Both the position numbers and the translations under genes were made by a program. A stretch of DNA of 64,000 bases. Origin: Macrostomum hystrix. Its lineage: Eukaryota; Animalia; Platyhelminthes. The stretch covers positions 4,464,001 through 4,528,000 of the forward strand of contig CATNEN010000007.1 of NCBI GenBank assembly GCA_950097015.1, given 5' to 3'. Below the pieces are notes generated by a model. It was not told where the DNA came from and did not search any database. It was given only the letters and a program-made list of their open reading frames with translations. Shown piece after piece: positions 1 through 9,166 of this stretch (position 1 is the stretch's first letter; each line of letters starts with the position of its first letter).

Positions 1-2
1 GC

Positions 3-131
3 CCGCGTTGGGTGGTGGCGGACCGCGCGGCGGAGGGCCTCGAGGAGGCGGACCGCGAAAGCTCTGCTGCATCGGCGGGCGCAGTGGAGGAGGACCAAAC
101 TGACCACCAGGTCCACCTAGTGGTGGCCTAA
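3..131 (+). CDS. 3' end of a gene truncated by the window edge (PRWVVADRAAEGLEEADRESSAASAGAVEEDQTDHQVHLVVA*), product unknown
   Basis: GC-rich open frame from nt 3 to TAA at 129-131 with the same GC3-rich codon style as the confirmed exons, then an abrupt drop to AT-rich sequence. No family recognised. Confidence 0.45.
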   Translation, partial: PRWVVADRAAEGLEEADRESSAASAGAVEEDQTDHQVHLVVA

Positions 132-203
132 AGAAGTCGATGTGGTGATTATTTAAATTAATTCTTAGATAGTAACCTTAGTCTATAAAGTCACACTCTA
201 AAC

Positions 204-549
204 CAGGGGTCGACAAAATTATTAGCTAGCGGGCCAAAGAGAGAACCTAAAAGACGACAGCAGGCCGCATTAATTGTAGAAATATGAGATAGTGGAGAGA
301 TGAGATGGGAGAGACGAGACACAGAAGAGACGAGACACTCGATTGATAAGACATGGGATAGATGAGACATGGGAGAGACGAGATACAGGAGAGATAAGAC
401 ACTGGAGAGATAAGATGCAGAAGAGATGAGATAGGGGAAGAAAGAATCTGGATAATGTAGGTGTTGGAAGGGGCAAACTGGCTGGATTTGGGTCCTTGGG
501 AGTTTTTTGGATGCAATTGGCTGACAGGCCAGAGTTTGCCTACCCCCTG
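204..549. mobile_element. Non-autonomous hAT-like TIR element (MITE) with an internal GAGA-rich degenerate repeat
   Basis: Left end CAGGGGTCGACAAA (204); right end reverse-complements to CAGGGGGTAGGCAAA (549). Flanks CTCTAAAC and CTTTAACC match at 6/8, resembling the NTCTAGAN target of hAT-Charlie elements. Confidence 0.55.
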
Positions 550-1145
550 CTTTAACCTATGATTTCTACTTATTTTTATCTCTGAACAGGTGGTAATGTC
601 AGTCTGACTTAAAAGTTTTTCTATATTCATTCCAGAGCATCAATAAGCCTATTAGCACAACTAATTATATAGTGAAGCAATTATAATAAATATGATCACA
701 AAATAGTTCTTTGGCTTCAACTATCTACTACATTTTAGCTTCATATCATACATGTCTTTCATGATTGTTATTCCTAGACATTAGAATAAATGTTAAATTT
801 AGAGTTCTGCTGGGACAAACAGTTTCTAGTATCTATATATCCATATCTATACCCTCAAAATGTTCCTATAGCCTATCCATACCTGTATCCTTAACTTAAA
901 AAATCCAGTAAGTTCCTATAACCTCTGTAGCATTTATAAAAGCATGTGCTTTACTCTTAGATGGACACATGTAACTCAGAGAAAGACAGTAAGATATGTT
1001 CCAATCTAGCCAGATATAACATATATTTTACTTATAGTGGTATATATTAGCTTCAAACAATGAAAATTATCCTCATAGTTGCACAAAATTGTTTCATAAT
1101 TTTTTTCTTCAAGGAAGAACTGCTGCTTAAAAAATAGAAGCATTA

Positions 1146-1178
<33 letters not shown>
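1146..1178. repeat. (ATT)n microsatellite
   Basis: About 11 consecutive ATT units. Confidence 0.9.
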
Positions 1179-2553
1179 GAGGCGCGCACGCAGATTGGGT
1201 GCTGATTTTTTTGTTTATTTTATTTTTGAGGTTAAACAAATCAATTTTTGAAAGAGAAGGCGATAGGAAAACAGATTAATACATTTAACATTTAACTAGC
1301 TGCCTTATTGCATTATTAGTATATTAGGCAGTTTTTCAATAGGGCATTATAAAAAAATATTTGTTAGCTATTTGAAGCACAAATGAATTTCTTTATTAAT
1401 TAAAATGCCTTAGCGATGCCAGCTAAAATAAGCCAGATAACTTAGAGTGAACAAATACAACTTTTTTTCTAAAGCTTTTTAAAATTATGCAATAAAGTAA
1501 ATAATAGTTCAATTGAGTTGTGGACCAGGGTACAGTCCAGCTAGTTAGTTAACATAATAAAAATTATATATTAGCTATATATATATAGCTAAATAAATGG
1601 AAATAAACTGCTTTAAACCTAGAACTTTTCGTGAAGTTAAGAAGAAACACTTCACTGAAGTACTGTGAAGACTTTTTACTTATATATTAGCGACGTGAGC
1701 GGCCTAGGCCCAACTCTTACCTTAATTGTCCGCGAATAGTTGGACGGGCCTGAGAATGTTTTGGTCCAGCAGGATACCGATTTATGACGATGTCATTGTC
1801 ATCGGACTTTCCATTGTTTCCTTCGTTTTCTTCCATTTTGTATATATTTATATAGAAACTGGAAGTAGCTCTATAAGACGTCGATAGCTACAGCGAGAAC
1901 AAAAAACTACCTTTTCGGAACAGTTTTCTAGTTTGTGGTTTCGGAAAAAAGAACCGATATTTGTTAGCTAAAAATAACATAAACTAGACGAATATTTCAG
2001 CCGAAATCCAAAAATCCAAAAATTAAATAAATAATGCAACCAGTAATTAATTTTTCAAGTGGTCAAGGAAGAGTTTGTCTACTAATGTCAAATTATTGGA
2101 AATTATTCACCCAGTTAAAGAAATTATAAACAGTAAGTTTAAAAGTAAAACAAATTGATGACTTAATAATTGAAAGAGACACGGTAGTGCATCTCACATA
2201 ATTTTTCGCTTGGCATAATTATCATTTTATTATTTCATTTGTAAATAAAGGAATACTAATCTTGACTCTGAGTGAGGTACGACAAGAACCTCGGAATATA
2301 AGCATGCTATTTATCGAGGTCCTTGGGTAAGACTAGCTTGAGTTAGTCTTTAGTTTATTAATTCGGGTTTAGTGTATTCCAGGCAGCAATAGTATTCAAC
2401 AACAGTAACTTCAATAAACGACGGTGATGGGCCTACTATATTTGAAACTTGCTTGGTCTCCTGCACTGATCCTCTCATAAACTGCTCCTGTCACTGCGCC
2501 AGCAACGTCACTGCGATACAATATAACTGGATAACTGGATGCCAGTTAAATAT

Positions 2554-2657
2554 CAAGGACTACTTAAGTAGTTGTATATATACGTTATATATATTATATA
2601 TATAATATATATTTATATTATATAAATTATATATATACGTTACTTGAGTAGTCCTTG
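2554..2657. mobile_element. 104-bp MITE with 17-bp TIRs and a perfect 8-bp TSD
   Basis: TIRs CAAGGACTACTTAAGTA (2554-2570) and TACTTGAGTAGTCCTTG (2641-2657), one mismatch. TTAAATAT is duplicated at 2546-2553 and 2658-2665. The interior is almost all TA. Confidence 0.8.
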
Positions 2658-3258
2658 TTAAATATCTGGATACCTTCCTACTTAAGTGTTACTGATCCGC
2701 TCCACGGCGCGCCATCTGACGCTGCCTCCCTGACTTTTGGAGCTAACGTCTTTTGTTGTTGTTGTTGTTTGTTGTTGTTTTTACTCGAAGTGGAATGTCA
2801 ATTAAATTTCTCAAAGAGCATTAATCTCCCAGTCCTTGTTTGCAATTGAAAAAAGTTATTAAATAACTGGCACGCGTGAAACTGCAAATTTCTTTCAGTT
2901 GAACAAAAAACTAGATTAAGCCCATGCCAGCAGAAAGGGTGCAGATTTTCTCTGAGTACTGAAACATAGAATATGCTATTTTAGAACGCAAAACCTCCTA
3001 CCGTAGAATAGCATAAATTAAGAAATTCGATTGCACATATACATGCGTGCATATATTCATGAGTTTATAAAGGCACTACATGTGTACATGCATGTATACA
3101 AGCGACAAAAGTGGTAACGAAGGTAAGGACATAGAATGTACCTGCTAATAACTTTAGGAAAATTTCTTGACGAGCCGAACTCTTGAAGCATGTGAATAAA
3201 ATAGTGCTTCTTGCTAAAAACTTAAGCAGTCTGTCTAGTTAGACAGATTTCGTACGCA

Positions 3259-4501
3259 ATGTATCGCAGGGTCAGTATGATCTCACAACCGGTCAGAACT
3301 AGGACTAGCAAAAGTAGCCTCCCCATTTTGTCGGTCGACACCATTAGGGATGTGTTGCAGCCCGCCCTGATGTCTACTGGCTATTCTGGCGATGTTCTAG
3401 AGCGGGCAGCAGCTATTTCCCAGTCAGAAACTCGCTCGAGAAGCTCCGGTGCCGACGCCAGCAGCTCGCAGAGTGATGGTGGCATCATCAGCATCTCTGT
3501 GTCTGAGGCGCCCTGGTCGGGTCTGCCGGCTCTGAAGCCACTAGTGAATCCGCTTAGGCTGCAGACTCTGCGACTCGTCAGTCGAGACAACGAAACCTGC
3601 CTGAGCCCACAAGTGTCGAACCAGCCGACTGCTAGACATGGCTGCCAAAGCAGCTCGCCAGAGGTCATCGACGATGACGAAGAAGTGCCTAGTGTGACTT
3701 TTCCAGCCAGTAATTGGCGGAAAACGACAAAAAATCTAATTGAATCACAGCAGGTGCAGTTCGAAAATCTGCAGCAGCAGCAGACAGACCAAATCAGTCA
3801 CCAAATGGATTCAGAGACCAGTTTTCAAACGGACTGTGAGAATACATCACTTAAATATATTATTACTGTGCAATGCGTTTTATATCTGTGAGATGAAGTC
3901 CGCACATATGAGTAATCGTAACCTTACAGCTTTGTCCTGCTCGCCAGTTTCCCCGTCGGCAATCGATCGCAACCAGCGCAACAGTCAGCGACGCATCGAC
4001 TGTGTGGACGATGCTACCTACGACAACCGCACCAACAGGTCGGGGTCTGAGACGGTGTACGACGAAGGCAGAGCGACGCTAGCATCAAGCAGATGCCTGG
4101 CATCTAGCATGAACAGCATTCCACGAAAGTCTGTCTTCCAGTATAGCTTTCGGGTGCCAGAGACCCGAGCCAACATGCGGGCCTTCTGTCACGCTTCTGA
4201 CCGTCGCATTGAGGCCATCGCTCGCGCCTGTGACTCGGAAATCACGTTGGATCCACAGCCGATCCGGTTGGCTACAACCCCCGTCACAATGCGCCGCATC
4301 ACCATCAGGGCGCCGGACCTGCGCAGCCTGGAAAAATGCTGCCGAATGTTTGACGACACTTTTCCGAAATTCTACGCCAGCTCCGGCCTGGGTCCCGGCG
4401 GCCGCGGAGTCAGCGAGGTGTGCATCGACGACAAAGAGCCCAGCAAACCAGCCTCGCGTGATAACTTGGCTGCAGCTGCTTTTGCTAATCCAGACAGCTA
4501 A
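3259..4501 (+). CDS. Uncharacterised protein of about 382 aa: Ser-rich N-terminus plus a C-terminal degenerate KH-like domain
   Basis: Exons 3259-3835 and 3930-4501. The GTGAGA...TTACAG intron joins the two listed ORFs in frame (phase 1). AATAAA at 4858. The C-terminal segment FQYSFRVP...IEAIARACDSEITL...RRITIRAPDLRSLEKCCRMF has type I KH spacing. Confidence 0.75.
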
Positions 4502-5692
4502 TAGAAATGAACAATTTTGCTTAATAATCTCTTCGCGAAACTATATGTCCTCACTTGCTGGCGACATTAATATTCTAAAAATTCCTATGATCTAAGTAGA
4601 CCTAGTTGCAGTTTTCAATAAGATTTCAAGTCAGATTGAGTGCTTCGGTAAATTTATAGCTGTCCCTTCCATTTCTTTGTGCTCATGTATTCTTTTATAA
4701 AAATCCTTACTGACATTTCGTAACCAGCGTGTAGCACAACTTTTGCTTCTCTCAGACATCACCATGCGAGCCTGGTGTGGCCAGTTCATTTTACCTTATC
4801 CGAATGACCGCTTAAAAATGTATTGTTTATAACATGATCCTGCGGTATGCGACCTGTAATAAATGTATATCTTACTATCAATAGAGAAGTGCGCTTTTAT
4901 GTTCTTAGAATTGTGTTTCACTTTAGTAAATTTTTGGGCGTCAAGGCGTATGATCTCCTAACACTTGGGAACTAGTAGGGGGTCGGTGGCAGAGCGGTTC
5001 TTGCGCAGTCCAGGAGACAGGTGTACAAACAGAGAATAGAACTACCTATGCGTTGGTGGCGCCAGTGGTCTGCGAAGAGCTCATGGCACAGAAATATAGG
5101 CAGTAATTTTATTAAAACAACAGGATAAAAGCGTTCTTGTTAATAATGTGTTCTGCATCAGAAAAATGTCACAAATCAGTATGTTACAATAATAAATTTT
5201 TCCAGTCAAAGCAACAACAAGAATTTGTCTAACTATGCATTTTTATATACGACGTATGAAGAGGAAAAATGTGTGCAAAATGAGTTTATAAACGTTTCTA
5301 AGAATGCAGCACATAAAGATCAAGCGAAGAAATTAGCAAGAAGCATTATAATATTTTTCCGAACGTTGATTGCCGCATGCAGGATTCAACCTAGAGACAG
5401 AACCACTTTGTGTCAATTCAAACAATTCGTAGATCGAGCAAAATACAATATAATAAACATTGAAAATTTGGTAGCAGGCAAAGACAAAGCAAAGAGAAAA
5501 GTAGAAATACTTTACGCGATAAAGATGAAGTTAAATCGATGCGAAAGACAAATGAAAATAAGAGAATCGAACTCAAAGCGCGGAGTTACCATAGACGAGC
5601 GTATTTAAAATCGAGTAGTCTGTGAGTTGTCACTGAAGATGCGAGTGTATTTAAGAGGAGGGACAAAACGACTCTGAAGTGGCCCGCAGCAT

Positions 5693-7955
5693 TCAGTCCA
5701 GCTGCAGCATCTCCGTATCGATCAGCATCTTCCGGGGTCGTCTGCGGAATAGGCGGAGGATGGCGCCGTAGCGACGCCAGGTGACCAGCAGGTAGTTGAG
5801 TTTGGTGAGGCCGTACAGTAGACGAAAGTGACGGTCAGCCACGTCGAATTCATTCGATACAATGGCAATGAGAAAGTTAGTGATGTTGATGGACACAACG
5901 AGTACGAACAGAGTGTGAAGGATAGCCATGGACGGTCTGGAAGGCAGGGTGGCCATGTTCAGCAGGATCCGCAACGGAGAATAGTAGACGTAGAATGCAG
6001 ACTTAAACTCTGACTGTTCAAAGTCTACCATGTACATCACGGTGCCGAACACGATGTAGGCCCAGATGAAGAAGAGGGGCAGTACGCGCAGAAATCTGGA
6101 GCACATCTTGCGGAAGCAGATATTAAGAAAAGCAACGCGTTCGCCAATCATTTCTGAGGCCTCCATCAGCGACACCATGGAGAAGTAGATGTAAAGCACA
6201 GCTGCAGTCTCGGCTATGGTGGTGAACAACCAGAGTGTCACGTTTTGTTTTTGCTCGGTCAGCCAGGCGGTGCAATCTAAATAGCTCGTGATAGGCAGGG
6301 TAAAGGCCAGATGGACAATGCCGCAAACGAAGGCCAGGTGGTAGGCGAATCGGTAAAATCGACATTGGACGTAGCTCTCGCCCGTGTGTTTCTGCAGCCA
6401 GGCCTGCCGGTTGAAACGAGACCTCTCCATCATGTTGAAGCTGATTGCCAGCAGCTGCAGGATCAATAGCCCACTGACGATGATCAGGTTTCCATGCGCC
6501 TGATTTATCAAATCGGCACGACGCATCTGCTGAAACCAGAAGATAGGCGAGGTCTTCACAACTTCTGATCCTTGAATCTGGGGATCGCGCAGAAAGTCTA
6601 GAATGCGCTGGCTTTGGCAGGCGTTTCTCAAAGTCTCCTTTGTGAGGTCACTGCCATTTAGGCTTTCGTTCCGCAGCGTGTAGTTTAGATAGCCGGAATA
6701 CTTGTAGAAGCCTTCATGGACCTCGGAGCCATACTGCACCATGGTGGCAATGAAGGGAAAGTATGGAGTCAAGGGGCTCACAAGCAGCGTCAGGATGGCA
6801 AACAGGCCGGTGCGAACGGCATTCAGGGGCAGGATGTCGCGTCTTGCGCGTCGAGACCACTGACGAAGGAGCGGACGATTGGTGATACCGGAGCTCACAA
6901 GAGAGTCGACACGGCTGGTCGGCAGCAGGGTGAGCATCAGCAGGGGACTGCGATCCCGGCGATCCCCCGTAGCCAGATCGTACTCCGACAGGTCGTAAGT
7001 CGTGTGCACGTTGGCACCTCGGCGGCTGCGCTGCGTCACCAAGTAGCCGTCTATTTCAGCCAGCCGGTTGAATGTCGGGAAGGCGCCAACATTCATGGCG
7101 AACTCGAGAGGACGAAGACGCTGCCCATTCTCGGCTCGGCATAGCGATAGAAGGCAGCTAGACCTGCCGGTACTTGAGCTGCTTGAAGCAGTGGTTCTGT
7201 TGGGGATATTTTCGTACACATTGTTTTAATACGAGCTATAATTTTATCGTAGATCTCTATAGATCATTGACAACTGATTGAGGTAGAATTTCGTTCGCAG
7301 CTCACCCATCTGAGTCCAGCGAAGCTGTTGGATCCTGAACCTCAGCCAGCTGCTTGATCACCATGGCTTCGAACTCATCGAACCTAGCCAGTGGATCCTC
7401 AGCTGATGGTTCGACAGAAGCTCCACGACCGCAAACGTAAGTCCCAATGAGCACTCGCGCCTTGGCCAGGCAGTGCAGCAGGTTATTTCCATCGGTGTCT
7501 TCGGATAGTAGCAGAAGTGGTTCACATTGCGCCAAGTGCCTGAAGATGTCTGCAGACTGGTAGTACAGGCACATGTGGATGACAGTACAAAAGTCGGAGC
7601 CCTTGTGTGGATTTTTTTGCTTCTTGGAGCTGCAACACGAGCTACTGGAGCCGCAGCAGCAGCAACAGCAGCTCTTCTGCTTCAGTCGTTTGTGCTCTTT
7701 CTGTTCGAGATCATCGGCATCCAAGTCGAATGTTAGCCTTCGGCCAAGGTCGTTGCTTCCGAGGCCGTGGTCAGCCAGCAGGTGCAGTAGTTTTGGCAGA
7801 CTGTCAGCCTCGACGCATAGGACGATTTCGCGCGACAAACTCGACTCGAAAGTGGCCTTCAAGTCCGGGAGCGGCTCCTCGAAGCATTGGCGGCGCATCT
7901 TGGCTGCCTCTTTGGGTTTGGATGTCTGGGCCTCCGGCAAGCTTCCAGAAGCCAT
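5693..7955 (-). CDS. Divergent TRPV-like cation channel (ankyrin remnants plus 6TM), about 717 aa
   Basis: Exons 7955-7306 and 7196-5693, joined in frame (phase 2, GTGAG...AACAG). TRPV hallmarks: EDTDGNNLLHCLA (ankyrin, cf. DSxGNTVLH), PLEFAMNVG, YDLSEYD (cf. YDLTEID), S6 INITNFLIAIVSNEF (cf. LNLLIAMMGDT). Minus-strand AATAAA at 5108-5113. Confidence 0.8.
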
Positions 7956-9166
7956 CTATTGTAAGCTACGAGTGCAGTAATAAGCTCAAATTGTAGCTAG
8001 CTCAAATTAATATGAAGCTGCTCCCAATGTTTGCTCACGCGATTTTTATGCCCCAATCTGAATGTCCCTTTATTTGTATTTGGCTTCAGGCGTTTCCTGG
8101 TCAATTTAATTAGAGAAGTATGACTGGGAGCATGAGGGAGTTTCCCCTAGCAAAAATACTGTTTCTATTGGTTACTGCATGAGCAAACAAATCCAAATCT
8201 CATGCAGGCAATCGGCTAATGCAGCAGCAATCAACTGACTCTTCTGTATTTTTACGAAGCTTAGAAAGTCAATCATTTTTTGCTGCTTAGCTCCCCCCAT
8301 AAGGAAGGCTTCGAGCTCGTACAAACACAAATTCGATCAATTTTCACGATATCATCACCATTCACTTGAGCCAGTCATGCCAAAAGGAGGCTACATCGGG
8401 ACAATTAAACCCAAGACTTTGATCTTGACTAGATCTGAGTAAAAAACTGAATGCTGGACTGTGAGCTGGATCAGGGCTAGAGGCTTCTGTATGGGCTAGT
8501 GGTCTGCAAGCGTAATAATGTAATGTATAGAGCAACTAGCTATCGCCGGAAGAGCGCTAGAAATGCCACAGTCAAAAAAAAATTTGGAAGCCTGTTTTGA
8601 TGGTTTGTGTTAATGTTATTTTAAATTTGACAAATTTGTTTCTTATATTTTATTTAATTAAACCAAGCTTTACCTTCCTTAGTCTTTTAACAGTACAAAT
8701 CTCTTGATTTTGCATTTAATATACCCGTAGCTAGATTTGTTACGAAATAAATCAATAGTTCGTAGTTAATTGAAATAAACTTTTCTACTACCTGGCATTG
8801 CGTAGCGTAATTCGCTACCGAAAAGCGAATGACGACAAGCAAACATTGGAGAAAAATAGGCGAGTCTATCATCCGTGACATTCATTTTTGTTGAGAAATC
8901 ATCGATTAGTTGTATCATGTCTTTAGATTAAATTAAAGTGCAAACTCAATACTATAGTTTAAAGATTAAAAAATTATAACAATTTTATTACAATTTTACC
9001 CTTATTTACTACAATTTTTACGATTTTTTTGTGTGCCTTGTTTTAGTGCGTGGTTATTTATACTGGAATCCAAACATTTAAATTCTCTACCGTAAACTTA
9101 TTTTTTAAAGGTATTGAGTCAAATTAATTCAGTCGCCGAAGCGTAGGAAAGGAGAGGGGACTAAAA

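Noticed and set aside
1571-1592. 22-bp perfect palindrome TTAGCTATATATATATAGCTAA
   Set aside because: Mostly a (TA)n run with 5-bp flanks; expected in AT-rich DNA.
5147-5608. AT-rich plus-strand open frame of about 154 codons (ORF 5225-5608)
   Set aside because: TTG start, no recognisable domain, and it lies antisense to the T-rich TRPV 3' UTR, where A-richness lowers stop frequency. Not strictly excluded as a relic.
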